Part shown: positions 17,753-27,377 of the stretch, piece after piece | Layout of the letters: the number at the start of each line of letters is the position of its first letter | How positions within the stretch are numbered: the first letter of the stretch is position 1 | Virus genome (UHGV): UHGV-1362718 | Reading direction: 5' to 3' (one strand) | Length of the DNA stretch: 39,906 bases | From: a virus | The notes under the pieces: model-generated | The model's input: only the letters and a program-made list of their open reading frames with translations | What the model was told of the DNA's origin: nothing | Database searches by the model: none | Made by a program: the position numbers and the translations under genes

Positions 17753-18103
17753 TTATTCGTATTTACCTTCCAAATACGCCTCTGCTATTCTTTTTAAGAC
17801 TTCTCTGTCATTATCAGTTACTTCTTTGCCGCCGTGACTCATAACAGAGTTTATTGCTTCTTCAATAGTCATTTCTCGTTGCTCTTTAGTTAAACCGCCA
17901 TGTGGTAGATCAGTACGGCCTAATAGGTAATCCGTCGATACGTCAAAATAATCAGCTACTTTAGAAAGTGGCTCTGAGTTGGGTTTAGATTTACTCCATT
18001 TAGAAATCATTCCATTTGATAGATTTAGAACTCTTTCCAATTCAGCTATGCTCATTTTTCTTGCAGCAGCAAGCTTTTTAACACGTTCGTATGTGCTCAT
18101 CAA
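17753..18103 (-). CDS. XRE-family HTH repressor (CI-like)
   Basis: 116 aa. N-terminal HTH (RKMSIAELERVLNLSNGMISKWSK), divergent from cro. Confidence 0.8.
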   Translation of the reverse strand: MMSTYERVKKLAAARKMSIAELERVLNLSNGMISKWSKSKPNSEPLSKVADYFDVSTDYLLGRTDLPHGGLTKEQREMTIEEAINSVMSHGGKEVTDNDREVLKRIAEAYLEGKYE

Positions 18104-18118
18104 AATACCTCCGAATTT

Positions 18119-18294
18119 TTTCTATTAAAGTTATTGACATTAGAAATAATTCTATGATATTATACACATGTACTCAGGAAGTACAAGAAACTCTCACATT
18201 TCTGGATGGTATAACATAGAATAAAAAGACTAAGGACAATATTGTTTTTAGATTATTTTCTATGCACTTATAATAGAATATTTTCTATTATAAG
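18119..18294. promoter_or_regulatory. genetic-switch region: TTGACA..TATTAT promoter (18133..18160), multiple TTCTAT(G/T) half-sites and a 28-bp palindromic operator CTTATAATAGAA-tatt-TTCTATTATAAG (18267..18294)
   Basis: Half-site TTCTAT at 18119, 18149, 18257 and 18283, its reverse complement ATAGAA at 18215 and 18273. Perfect 12-bp inverted arms. Confidence 0.5.
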
Positions 18295-18344
18295 TCAATA
18301 CCCCAGAAACAAAAAATATTATTCATTTCTAGGAGGTGTGAAAA

Positions 18345-18539
18345 TTGCTTTATGAACGCATCAAATGTATTTCTGAAGAAAAAGCTTTATCTATCTACAA
18401 AATCGAACGTGATTTAGAGTTTTCTAATGGAACTATTTCTAAATGGAACAAGTCGATGCCATCTGCAAAAAATTTAAAAAAAGTTGCGGATTACTTAGGT
18501 GTTGGCATGGACGAACTTTTAAAAACAAAAGGAGATTAG
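18345..18539 (+). CDS. Cro-like XRE HTH protein (TTG start)
   Basis: 64 aa HTH (ALSIYKIERDLEFSNGTISKWNK). AGGAGG RBS. Confidence 0.65.
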   Translation: MLYERIKCISEEKALSIYKIERDLEFSNGTISKWNKSMPSAKNLKKVADYLGVGMDELLKTKGD

Positions 18540-18553
18540 AAGGGGGTATAAAA

Positions 18554-18823
18554 ATGGAAGTGATTTTAACTCCAGAAAATGAAGCTTCTCTAAGGGATTT
18601 TGTACATGGAATTATTGTTGATGAAATAGAAAAAGCACGAAGAGATACCTCGATTGATAAGCGAGTTTTAAATCAAACAGAGATTGCAAAATATTTCGAT
18701 GTATCCACTACAACAATAAGGGAATGGGAGAAGCTAGGTCTTCCGCATGGATCAGTAAGTAAACAAGGGAAGTTCTACGACAAAGAAGAGTGTCGAAGAT
18801 GGCTTCTATCACAAAAAAGATAA
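18554..18823 (+). CDS. small DNA-binding protein (excisionase/MerR-like HTH candidate)
   Basis: ATG 18554 after AAGGGGGTATAAAA. HTH-like segment LNQTEIAKYFDVSTTTIREWEKLGLPH. Confidence 0.4.
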   Translation: MEVILTPENEASLRDFVHGIIVDEIEKARRDTSIDKRVLNQTEIAKYFDVSTTTIREWEKLGLPHGSVSKQGKFYDKEECRRWLLSQKR

Positions 18824-18904
18824 ATCTTGGGCAAGCGGAAATTTAAGTAAGAAGACAGATAAAAAAATAATTGAAGGAATTGAGTAAGAAAGGAAGTAAA
18901 CCAA

Positions 18905-19660
18905 ATGAACAATTTAGTAATAATGAAAGACCAACAAGCGGTCACAAGTAGTTTACAAGTTGCAGAAGTATTTGAAAAACAACATAAGCATGTTTTGGAA
19001 GCTATTGACGAATTGAAACAAGGGGTAGCCGAAAATTCGGCACACCTATTTTACGAAGATTCCTACATTCATCCACAAAACAAACAATCATATCGCCAAG
19101 TAATTATGAACCGTGACGGATTCACACTACTAGCAATGGGATTCACAGGTCAAAAGGCATTGCAGTTCAAACTGAAATATATTGAAGCTTTTAATCAAAT
19201 GGAAAATCACATCAAGGAACAATTAGATACGTCAACTCTAAGTCCAGAATTACAATTCATGAATAGCGTAGTCCAATCACTCGCAAAACAAGAAATAGCG
19301 AACAAACGTCTTGAAAACAAGGTAGATAACATCACAGATATTATCGCTTTAAATACAACTGATTGGCGTAAAGAATGCCGTAGCTTAGTTAATAAGATGG
19401 CAAAAACACAAGGTGAGTTTGGTGCTTACCAAGAAATACAAACAGCGATTTATGACGAAGTAGACCGTCGAGCTGGATCATCATTGAAAATACGACTAAC
19501 AAATTTAAAAAATCGGATGGCATACGAAGGTGCTTCGAAAACCAAAATCAGAAATACAAATAAATTAGATGTCATAGACAATGACAAACGACTAAAAGAA
19601 ATCTATTTAGCAGTTGTTAAAGATTTTGCTATTAAATACGGAATCTGGAAGGAGAATTAG
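18905..19660 (+). CDS. antirepressor, phage regulatory protein Rha N-domain plus ORF6C-like C-domain
   Basis: N-terminus AVTSSLQVAEVFEKQHKHVLEAIDEL matches the Rha family signature. Confidence 0.7.
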   Translation: MNNLVIMKDQQAVTSSLQVAEVFEKQHKHVLEAIDELKQGVAENSAHLFYEDSYIHPQNKQSYRQVIMNRDGFTLLAMGFTGQKALQFKLKYIEAFNQMENHIKEQLDTSTLSPELQFMNSVVQSLAKQEIANKRLENKVDNITDIIALNTTDWRKECRSLVNKMAKTQGEFGAYQEIQTAIYDEVDRRAGSSLKIRLTNLKNRMAYEGASKTKIRNTNKLDVIDNDKRLKEIYLAVVKDFAIKYGIWKEN

Positions 19661-19661
19661 G

Positions 19662-19958
19662 ATGGATATTGAAGAAAAACGAGCATTAGGGAACTTTTTA
19701 AGTACTATCATTTCTGAAGGATCAGCTAACCAATTGGTAAATCTGGAAGGGCAAAAATTAAAAGATGTGTACTACACGTTGCAGGAACAAATGGAATACG
19801 AAGGTCTTGCTCCTGAAGAACCGACAGTAAAAAGTGTTATTAATGAAATTCGGGAGTTACTAGAAATTATCCCAAGTGCTGATTTTGGGATTGAAGATTA
19901 TCAAGACCTTATTTATCAAAAAGTAGATATGTTAAGTAGCATATTAGGTATCGAATAG
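19662..19958 (+). CDS. hypothetical protein
   Basis: ATG 19662 after GGAAGGAGAATTAGG. 98 aa, acidic. Confidence 0.4.
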   Translation: MDIEEKRALGNFLSTIISEGSANQLVNLEGQKLKDVYYTLQEQMEYEGLAPEEPTVKSVINEIRELLEIIPSADFGIEDYQDLIYQKVDMLSSILGIE

Positions 19959-19971
19959 GAGGGGATTTTAA

Positions 19972-20130
19972 ATGAATGAAGAAGGAAAAGAAAAAATACG
20001 CGAATTAGCGTTGGAAATTGTAGAGATATTAAAAGAACAAAGTAACCCTAATACAAAAATTGAAATCAGCATAGACAGAATCGAACAGACAAGTGTTGAC
20101 TGGTCAGAGCCAACACCTGAATGGAATTAA
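19972..20130 (+). CDS. hypothetical small protein (52 aa)
   Basis: GGAGGGG RBS, open frame checked by hand, below the ORF-track length cutoff. Confidence 0.3.
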   Translation: MNEEGKEKIRELALEIVEILKEQSNPNTKIEISIDRIEQTSVDWSEPTPEWN

Positions 20131-20346
20131 TTAGTATCCATGTCTGTAAGGGTATCTTTTGATGTTTTGATGGTAGTAGCTACCCTTTGAAGGGGACGAC
20201 ATTAGACCATCGTAGACATATTGAGGTACACCTAAATGCGTGTATGCTCCGTTTTGGAATTGGACCGTCAGCTCTTGACTAGAAGAGTCATATCCGGCAG
20301 CAACCATATTGCTAGAAGAAACAGGAATCATATCCATGCTATTCAC
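20131..20346 (-). CDS. KTSC-domain protein (opposite-strand moron)
   Basis: 71 aa. GVPQYVYDGLMSSPSKGSYYHQNIK matches the KTSC domain core. Confidence 0.55.
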   Translation of the reverse strand: MNSMDMIPVSSSNMVAAGYDSSSQELTVQFQNGAYTHLGVPQYVYDGLMSSPSKGSYYHQNIKRYPYRHGY

Positions 20347-20542
20347 CGCCTTAATTTATTTTAGCACAAACATGCTAATAACTAATTATATCAAAATTTG
20401 GTAATCAGAGGAGAATTTTAAATGTCTAAAGAAAATATCCAAGATAAATATCATGAATCTTTAAAGGAACGGATTATCACAGACCCATACAAAGAACTAG
20501 CTGAACGTCTCAACGGAGTCAAACAAAGTTAGGGGTGTCAAC

Positions 20543-20728
20543 ATGGCTTATACAACTGAACAAGAAAGTTGGATACTTAACCAAATCAGAAAAGAGCGTA
20601 AACAACTACAAGACGATAGAGCAGCACTGAGACAGTCAGAACAACTGACCGAAGGTAAGGCCTATCAAATTGAAAGAGAACTTGAATTTTTAAGATACTT
20701 AGAGATTCAAAATAGAATCCATGTATAA
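20543..20728 (+). CDS. hypothetical protein
   Basis: 61 aa with a GGGGTG RBS-like sequence upstream. Confidence 0.3.
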   Translation: MAYTTEQESWILNQIRKERKQLQDDRAALRQSEQLTEGKAYQIERELEFLRYLEIQNRIHV

Positions 20729-20739
20729 GGAGAAATGAA

Positions 20740-20913
20740 ATGAGAAAAATTTATAACTTAAGAAGAATTGCAGTATTGCTAATCGTTTTCGGATTGGGGT
20801 TGATAGTAGGCGGAAAATTTAATCCGATTATCCAAAATATATATATCGGCTTATTCATCATTTGGACACTATTTTATGATTTGGCACTTGAAGATAGAGA
20901 GGTTAAGAAATGA
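20740..20913 (+). CDS. small membrane protein (57 aa)
   Basis: AAGGAGAAATGAA RBS. Two predicted TM helices. Confidence 0.3.
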   Translation: MRKIYNLRRIAVLLIVFGLGLIVGGKFNPIIQNIYIGLFIIWTLFYDLALEDREVKK

Positions 20914-21231
20914 CAAGAAAAGATAAACTAGAGCAAACGAAAAAACTTGCTGATTTATGGTACCAGCAACAAAAAAATCAAATATACATTATGCAACAAA
21001 AAGAGAGAAGGGAATTTAGATGTTTAAAGCAGTAGGAAAAGATAGTTTGAAAATTTACGTGGTTGAGGATACTAAAGCCCTGGTATTTCAAAAGCTTAAA
21101 GAAAAATATCCAGACACTGCGATAAATAAGGCAGTATTTCCAGAAGCGTTATTTATCCAAGAAACAAAAAAGTGACTTCCGCCGGCAAGCAAAAAGTCAC
21201 AAACAAAATTAATTGATAGGAGAATTATAGC

Positions 21232-21468
21232 ATGAGAGTGGAAGTGGATTCAATGCAAAGAATTGTCTTAATTGATAATCATTCACCTTTTGGATCACTG
21301 ATTTTTGAAAAGGATGCTATTAATAATCATGTTGCTGTTTACCAAGATAGCGAAGATGAAGAAGTTAGAACAGTATTCGAGAGTTTAGATGAAAGTGCTT
21401 ATTTTAATCAAGTTGAATTGATCGAAGGACTTCAAAAAGTTATTTCATTACTGAAAGAAGGGGAATAA
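21232..21468 (+). CDS. hypothetical protein
   Basis: 78 aa with TAGGAGAATTATAGC RBS. Confidence 0.4.
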   Translation: MRVEVDSMQRIVLIDNHSPFGSLIFEKDAINNHVAVYQDSEDEEVRTVFESLDESAYFNQVELIEGLQKVISLLKEGE

Positions 21469-22146
21469 ATGAACGAGAACAGCGAAAATTTAAAAGAATT
21501 GTTTGATGGGATGTATAAGCTAAAAAGCAAATTAATTCAACCAAGATTTGACGCAGAAGTTGCCTATACAACGAAAAAAGGTCCAATGAATTTCCAATAT
21601 GCAACTCTAAAAGCGATTGAAGAAGCAATTAGAAAAGCTGCACAAGAATCAGAAAGCGGAATTGATTTCCAACAAAATGTCGTCAATGAGAATAATGCTT
21701 TAAAAGTCACAACAATTATTACTCATGTTAGTGGTCAATATATAGTTCATGGACCTTTTGAATTTCCAAACAGCGGGACAAATCCTCAAGGATTAGGAAG
21801 TTTAACGACATATGCAAGACGTTACTCGCTTTCGGCAGCGTTTGGAATTGCAGCAGATAAAGACGACGATGGCCAAACGGCAGCTGAAAAGAACAATGAT
21901 ACATCGAAAGTTAATTTGATTAGCGGTAAACAGTTAGCCACGTTAAACGATCATATCAGACAACTTTCTGAGTTATCGAATTCTGAACTTGACTATGTGC
22001 GGAATGAACTAAGTAAAGAATTGAATGTTGATGTCAATGAAAACATGCCGTCTAGTATGTTCAATAAAGCTGTTGAAGTTCTGAAACAATGGATACAACA
22101 ATTCCAGCCACAACCAGAAGAAAACATTACATGGGGGCAAAGCTAA
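21469..22146 (+). CDS. erf: ERF-family single-strand annealing (recombination) protein
   Basis: C-terminal LGSLTTYARRYSLSAAFGIAADKDDDG closely parallels P22 Erf (TGATSSYARKYCLNGLFGIDDAKDADT). N-terminal FQYATLKAIEEAIRKA matches FGKYKYRSCEDILEGVKPL. Confidence 0.7.
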   Translation: MNENSENLKELFDGMYKLKSKLIQPRFDAEVAYTTKKGPMNFQYATLKAIEEAIRKAAQESESGIDFQQNVVNENNALKVTTIITHVSGQYIVHGPFEFPNSGTNPQGLGSLTTYARRYSLSAAFGIAADKDDDGQTAAEKNNDTSKVNLISGKQLATLNDHIRQLSELSNSELDYVRNELSKELNVDVNENMPSSMFNKAVEVLKQWIQQFQPQPEENITWGQS

Positions 22147-23069
22147 TGACAAACGAATTAACAACAGAATTGCAGTTTAATGTTGATTTTAAAGCTAGTA
22201 AAATCACTATCCAAAATGAAGCACAGTTGGCTGAGATGGTTGAGAGCGCAGTTAAGCACTATTCAACAATGATTTTCACAGATGAAAACATTCCTGAAGC
22301 TAAAAAAGCAAGAGCAGACTTAAATAAAGTTGTAACGTTGCTAGATGATCAACGTAAAGAAGTTAAAAATCAATATGATAAGCCGTTAAAAGATTTTGAG
22401 GAAAAAATAAAAAAATATACTGAAAAAATAAGTGAAGTTAGTTCAGAAATTAACGAAAGCATCAAATCATACGAAGAAGCAGAGAAGCAGAAACGAAGCA
22501 AAAAGCTTCAAAAAATGATTGCTGAAATGTCTGAAAACTACAATGTATCCATTGACGAAATTGAAATTCCTAGTTCGTGGACTAATAAAACAGCTTTCAC
22601 AGTTAAAGGTGAACCAAATAAGAAAACTATTGAGGAAATAGCGGCATCGATGGTAGCAGTTGCATCTGAAAAAGAACGTATAAAAAACGATAAGCTCATT
22701 GTTGAAAATTATGCTAAGGCAGTTGGCCTTGACTCGTTTTCTTGGGTCGCATTAATTGATAAAGGGTCTACTGCACCAGAGCTGATAAAAGAAATTGATT
22801 CCGCCGTTGCTTTAAAAAAAGAACAAGAAGAACGTGAAAGAGCAAAAAAAGAACACGACGAAGCCATTGCTGCTTTGAAAACTGAAACAATCAACAATAA
22901 AACAGTTGACACTGCTACAGGCGAAATCATCACAGAAGAAGCGCCAAAAACCTGCAAAAAACAACAAGAGAAAACAGTTACGTTAAGACTAACAGCAGAA
23001 CATCAAAAGTTAGTTGCTCTAAACAATTTTATTATTAATAACGGGATTCAAGTGGAAGTGATTGAATGA
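22146..23069 (+). CDS. DUF1351-like phage protein
   Basis: ATG 22146 overlapping the erf stop (TAATG). Lys/Glu-rich coiled coil, usual partner position to the annealing protein. Confidence 0.45.
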   Translation: MTNELTTELQFNVDFKASKITIQNEAQLAEMVESAVKHYSTMIFTDENIPEAKKARADLNKVVTLLDDQRKEVKNQYDKPLKDFEEKIKKYTEKISEVSSEINESIKSYEEAEKQKRSKKLQKMIAEMSENYNVSIDEIEIPSSWTNKTAFTVKGEPNKKTIEEIAASMVAVASEKERIKNDKLIVENYAKAVGLDSFSWVALIDKGSTAPELIKEIDSAVALKKEQEERERAKKEHDEAIAALKTETINNKTVDTATGEIITEEAPKTCKKQQEKTVTLRLTAEHQKLVALNNFIINNGIQVEVIE

Positions 23070-23746
23070 ACCTAAACAATGTTTATTCTGCTGTTATTAA
23101 GAGCTTGAAAAACAACTCAATAACAGCAGTAATAAACGAAGCAATAAATATTGAACGATTAAAAACCATGTATTTTGATTATACAGGGCCAAGAGAAGTT
23201 GAAATAAGATTTATTGATCCGAGAAAATTTAGTGTTGCCCAACGTCGATTTATCTTTGCAATGCTAGAAGATATATTCTCTTTCACAGGGCAAGAAACGG
23301 AAGTGTTAAAGGAAATGTTCTATCTCCGTTTTGAAGCGCTCCAGGGCTATGAAATTAGCCTCAGGAACGATTCAGAAAACACAATGGACGACGCAACAAT
23401 TTTAGCGAACATTATTTTAAATTTCATCTTTGAAAATAACATTCCATTTCGCAATGGGTACGATATTTTACCTGCTAATCAGGAATATTACTTTTACAAA
23501 TGCATCACTAACAGAGTTTGCTGCATATGTGGCAAAACTGGTGCAGACATTGACCATTTTGATAAAGCTCTAGGTCGGCGGAAAAGAAAAAGTGTGGACC
23601 ACACAGAATACACTTACGCTGGTTTGTGCCGATGCCATCACACAGAAAAACACAACATTGGTATTACAGCATTTAAGAAAAAATACCATGTTAAAGGAAT
23701 TAAATTAAATCAAGAAACAATAAAGAAATTGAATATCGGCGGTTAA
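23066..23746 (+). CDS. Cys/His-cluster protein, putative HNH-like nuclease
   Basis: CCICGKTGADIDHF....GLCRCHHTEKHN Cys/His cluster in the C-terminal half. Confidence 0.4.
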   Translation: MNLNNVYSAVIKSLKNNSITAVINEAINIERLKTMYFDYTGPREVEIRFIDPRKFSVAQRRFIFAMLEDIFSFTGQETEVLKEMFYLRFEALQGYEISLRNDSENTMDDATILANIILNFIFENNIPFRNGYDILPANQEYYFYKCITNRVCCICGKTGADIDHFDKALGRRKRKSVDHTEYTYAGLCRCHHTEKHNIGITAFKKKYHVKGIKLNQETIKKLNIGG

Positions 23747-23758
23747 AGAAAGAGTGGG

Positions 23759-23959
23759 TTAATCCCACTCTACCAATTCATCATCGCCTTTTAAAACGAC
23801 TTTATTCTCACCGAATTCAATAGTTTCAATTCCTGAATAAGTTGGAGCTTCTTCATCGGAAGTTGAATCTAATTTAGTTTTGATTCGCAATTTAACAGTT
23901 GCATTTTCATCCATTTTTTCTAAATGTTTTATTAACTCTTTAACTAACATAAAGTGCAC
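23759..23959 (-). CDS. hypothetical protein (opposite strand)
   Basis: 66 aa ORF between convergent genes. Weak support. Confidence 0.25.
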   Translation of the reverse strand: MHFMLVKELIKHLEKMDENATVKLRIKTKLDSTSDEEAPTYSGIETIEFGENKVVLKGDDELVEWD

Positions 23960-24020
23960 CTCACTTGATTTTTAATATAAATATACAGATTTCCAGACTA
24001 AAAAGAAAGGGGAACGTACG

Positions 24021-24953
24021 TTGTCAGATAAACAGAAAAAGCGTTATTACTGGCTTAAATTGAAAGAAAATTTTTTTGAAGAAGACACAATCGAGTGGTT
24101 AGAAGAACAACCCAACGGAAAAGAGTACTGCTTAATATACCTAAAATTATGTTTGAAATCTTTAAAAACTGATGGGGTGTTAGTAAGGAACGTCGGTAGC
24201 ATGTTAATCCCTTACGATGCTGAAACACTCGCTAGAGTCACAAATTCCACCGTTGACACTGTAAAAGTTGCGATGGATTTATTTAAGAAAATAGGATTAA
24301 TCCAGTTGCTCGATACTGGTGAAATATATATCAATCAACTCAATGAACTAGTTGGATCAGAGACAGAAGCAGCCAAACAAAAACGCTTGCAAAGGTCGAA
24401 GGTGGACAATGTCCCTAAGTTGTCCTCTGAATGTCCTGAAAATGTCGCCCAGAGTATAGAGTTAGAGTATAGAGATAAGAGTATAGAGAAAGAGAATAAA
24501 GAAGAGCCAAAGAAACCTCCTTGTAAATATTCTGACGAACATTTACGTCTTGCTGAAAAGTTAAAAAATAATTTAATCAATGATTTTCCAAGTGAAATGA
24601 AAAAAGTGAAGATTGAAAAATGGGCTGACACGTTTAGGTTAATCGAAGAACGAGATCAACAAACTATTGCAGCAATTGACTATGTTCTTGATTGGTTACC
24701 GACAAATTCATTCTGGTTTGGAAACATTAGAAGTGCTTCTAAGCTAAGAACGCAGTTTGAAAAACTAAAATTTGAAATCAAGAATGAAAAAGAACGGGGC
24801 CAACAACGAACGACTTACCAACGTCAAAATGTTAGAACTGAAAGTTTACCAGAATGGGCAAAAGAATCAAATAACCAGCAAGAAGAAAAGTTATCGCCAG
24901 AAGAGCAAGCGGAACTTGATAGACAAATAAAAGAATTCATGGAGGGAAAATAA
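24021..24953 (+). CDS. phage replisome organizer (Phage_rep_org_N) with DnaD-like C-terminal region
   Basis: TTG start. N-terminus YYWLKLKENFFEEDTIEWLEEQPNGKEYCLIYLKLCL matches replisome-organizer proteins of lactic-acid-bacteria phages. Confidence 0.7.
   Translation: MSDKQKKRYYWLKLKENFFEEDTIEWLEEQPNGKEYCLIYLKLCLKSLKTDGVLVRNVGSMLIPYDAETLARVTNSTVDTVKVAMDLFKKIGLIQLLDTGEIYINQLNELVGSETEAAKQKRLQRSKVDNVPKLSSECPENVAQSIELEYRDKSIEKENKEEPKKPPCKYSDEHLRLAEKLKNNLINDFPSEMKKVKIEKWADTFRLIEERDQQTIAAIDYVLDWLPTNSFWFGNIRSASKLRTQFEKLKFEIKNEKERGQQRTTYQRQNVRTESLPEWAKESNNQQEEKLSPEEQAELDRQIKEFMEGK
24406..24488. repeat. putative origin of replication inside the replisome organizer gene: AATGTCC x3 (24408, 24430, 24442) followed by AGAGTATAGAG x3 (24451, 24464, 24478)
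   Basis: Exact direct repeats in register at 13-14 bp spacing. Intragenic ori iterons are typical for this gene family. Confidence 0.55.
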
Positions 24954-25252
24954 TGAACGAATTAGTTAAATTAGTAGAAGAATGGGCGAAAGAAAAGCAT
25001 TTAGATAAAGCAGAGCCTGAAAAACAAATGCTAAAAGTGATTGAGGAAGTCGGAGAAGTTGGCGCTGCATTGGCAAGAAACAACGAAAACGACCTAAGAG
25101 ATGGTATTGGAGATGTGGCTGTGACATTAATTATTCTCGCTATGCAAAATAACATGGACTTATACGAATGCTTAAATCAAGCATATAGCGAAATCAAAAA
25201 CCGCCAAGGAAAAATGGTAAACGGAGTATTCGTCAAAGAAGCCGATTTGTAA
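24953..25252 (+). CDS. MazG-like nucleotide pyrophosphohydrolase
   Basis: 99 aa with EEVGEVGAAL...GDVAVTLIILA motifs. Confidence 0.75.
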   Translation: MNELVKLVEEWAKEKHLDKAEPEKQMLKVIEEVGEVGAALARNNENDLRDGIGDVAVTLIILAMQNNMDLYECLNQAYSEIKNRQGKMVNGVFVKEADL

Positions 25253-25273
25253 GGTTTGGGGTGGAAAGAAATA

Positions 25274-25798
25274 ATGACAAAGTACCCAACACAAGAATTA
25301 AAAAACAAAAGAAAATCTCATGTGCAATTCATGAGTACAGAGGCAATGAAGAATATTTATGAGCTAGGCTATCCCTTTGAATACTTCGAAGATAGTTGCC
25401 AATTTGCGATTGAAACGCCTATAGGTGTCATTGATTACTTTGGAATAAATGGCACTTGGGTTGTCCGCAAAGGACAAGACCGAGGGAAAGGTATACGAAA
25501 ATTGAAGCAGTACATTAAAAACAGAGTAGGTGATCACGTGGAAAAAGTAAAAGTAGTGAAATGCGCTGGGTATTTGGATAAAGACGGGAACATCACTAAT
25601 CAAATTAAGCAGGCGATGCATTTTACAGACGATGAATTAGCAAATCTTGCTGCAGAAGTGGCAGGTGGAAAGGTCGTAAACGTTGTAATTCCACCAGAAA
25701 AACCAAAACAATTACTTGAAAAAGTGAGAGAAGAATCATTTCAAGAAAAACCTAAAAAGAAAACCAAGAGCAATCAGTCTTGGATGAATAAGAAATAA
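25274..25798 (+). CDS. hypothetical protein with basic C-terminal tail
   Basis: ATG 25274 after GGGGTGGAAAG. 174 aa. Confidence 0.4.
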   Translation: MTKYPTQELKNKRKSHVQFMSTEAMKNIYELGYPFEYFEDSCQFAIETPIGVIDYFGINGTWVVRKGQDRGKGIRKLKQYIKNRVGDHVEKVKVVKCAGYLDKDGNITNQIKQAMHFTDDELANLAAEVAGGKVVNVVIPPEKPKQLLEKVREESFQEKPKKKTKSNQSWMNKK

Positions 25799-25912
25799 TT
25801 TGTTGGTTTTTGTAGCGTGATTCAACCGTAGCTAGATTTTAAAACTAGTTTAGGGTAATTAATCATAAATGATTTAAAACGCCTTAAAACGAAAAATAAA
25901 GAGGTAAAAAAG

Positions 25913-26140
25913 ATGAAATTAACTAGTGTGACATTTAAGCCGTCGGCTGAACGGTTTCCGCCAATTGTGGCAATAGATTTAGACCAATTAACACCAGATG
26001 AATACGTGACACTTAGAAATTTGGGTTATGATACGCAACTTTCTAAAATTACAAAAAGGACCTTTGAAGAGTTGGAAGGCCATTTGGGAATTCGAGGAGA
26101 CGTTGCAAAGAAAAATGGATTTTACGTATTAATTAAATAA
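25913..26140 (+). CDS. hypothetical protein
   Basis: AAGAGGTAAAAAAG RBS. 75 aa. Confidence 0.35.
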   Translation: MKLTSVTFKPSAERFPPIVAIDLDQLTPDEYVTLRNLGYDTQLSKITKRTFEELEGHLGIRGDVAKKNGFYVLIK

Positions 26141-26160
26141 TCAGAAGGTAGTGAAAAATT

Positions 26161-26388
26161 GTGACTTATCCGAATTTTGAAAAAGATAGCTCTACCTGTG
26201 CCAATTGTGGTAACGCATTGTTTAATGATGGAGCTTTTACTAATCAATCATATTTAACAATTAGAGACAATTTTATGATAGTTAATTTTTTCCAGTTTGA
26301 AGATGGAACTGACAATATGTTTTGTGATGCAAATTGTCTTGCTAGTTTTCTTTCAGCAGAAGAAGTGGAAATATTAGAAAGTGAGTGA
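26161..26388 (+). CDS. hypothetical Cys-rich protein (GTG start)
   Basis: CANCGN...FCDANC spacing suggests a zinc-ribbon. Confidence 0.3.
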   Translation: MTYPNFEKDSSTCANCGNALFNDGAFTNQSYLTIRDNFMIVNFFQFEDGTDNMFCDANCLASFLSAEEVEILESE

Positions 26389-26768
26389 AGAAGATGATTC
26401 CAAAATTTAGAGCGTGGGATAAGCGAGAAAACACAATGAGAGATGTAGCTGTCTTACATTTTACTAAAGGTGGTAAGGTCAACAGTATCGAATATTGGAA
26501 GACACCTTCCGAATTGAAATCATATCATGTACGAAATTTAGTCCTCATGCAATCAACAGGCTTGAAAGACAAGAACGGCGTTGAAATTTTTGAGGGGGAT
26601 ATTGGCTGGGATGACCATCAAGAAGTGCACGGACAAGTAATTTTTGAAAATGGTGCATTTAAATACGAGTGGGAAAATATATCTGAGGATTTATTTGAAG
26701 CTACCGACGATATTGAGATTGTTGGGAATATCTATGAGAATAGTGAGTTATTGGAGGGAACAGAATGA
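26385..26768 (+). CDS. YopX-family protein
   Basis: MIPKFRAWDKRENTM... N-terminus typical of YopX. Confidence 0.6.
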   Translation: MKKMIPKFRAWDKRENTMRDVAVLHFTKGGKVNSIEYWKTPSELKSYHVRNLVLMQSTGLKDKNGVEIFEGDIGWDDHQEVHGQVIFENGAFKYEWENISEDLFEATDDIEIVGNIYENSELLEGTE

Positions 26769-27121
26769 GTGAATTGAATCAATTAATTGGTTTTCTTGAA
26801 GAACAATTAACAGTAAGCGAACCAACACCTGATTATACTAGGCATAATCAGGAAATTATAACATATATTGAATATCTAAAATTAATGAAGCAACCGCAGC
26901 TCAACGAAAATCAGCAGATTGTGCTAGATTGGTTGAAAGAATCATGCAAATTAAATGGATTACGTGAAGTTATTGAAATCATGGGATTTTTGCCAACTAC
27001 TGGTGGAAAAATGAAGTATAAGCAAATAGCTTATGCATATGCTGATTTAAATGAGGTTGAATTAGCTCAAGTATTACAGGCGTTTGGCCAGTGGGCTTTG
27101 GAACAGGAGGAAGCGGAATGA
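26765..27121 (+). CDS. hypothetical protein
   Basis: 118 aa, overlapping stop/start with its neighbours. Confidence 0.4.
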   Translation: MSELNQLIGFLEEQLTVSEPTPDYTRHNQEIITYIEYLKLMKQPQLNENQQIVLDWLKESCKLNGLREVIEIMGFLPTTGGKMKYKQIAYAYADLNEVELAQVLQAFGQWALEQEEAE

Positions 27122-27366
27122 GCTACGAAATAACATATGACGAGAACGTCAGCAATAATGTGCAACAAAAAAATATTGTTGTCAATAGTAGGCATTTATA
27201 CAAAGTTTATCTTGAAAAAGAAGCCTATCGTAAAAATGAGGAGACGGGTATTGATTACACATTAGACATTAAATGTGATGAAACTGGCGTCAATGTACAA
27301 GCGGTGTTACCACACGAGGTCCTTTATGAATTAAATAAAATGATAGGCGACAGTCTGAAATTTTAG
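27118..27366 (+). CDS. hypothetical protein
   Basis: ATG 27118 after AGGAGGAAGCGGA. 82 aa. Confidence 0.35.
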   Translation: MSYEITYDENVSNNVQQKNIVVNSRHLYKVYLEKEAYRKNEETGIDYTLDIKCDETGVNVQAVLPHEVLYELNKMIGDSLKF

Positions 27367-27377
27367 GAGGAACAGCG

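Noticed and set aside
21176-21215. Hairpin AAAAAGTGACTT-ccgccggcaagc-AAAAGTCAC as a terminator
   Set aside because: No T-run follows on the plus strand and flanking genes are co-directional. Possibly a protein-binding palindrome, but unsupported.
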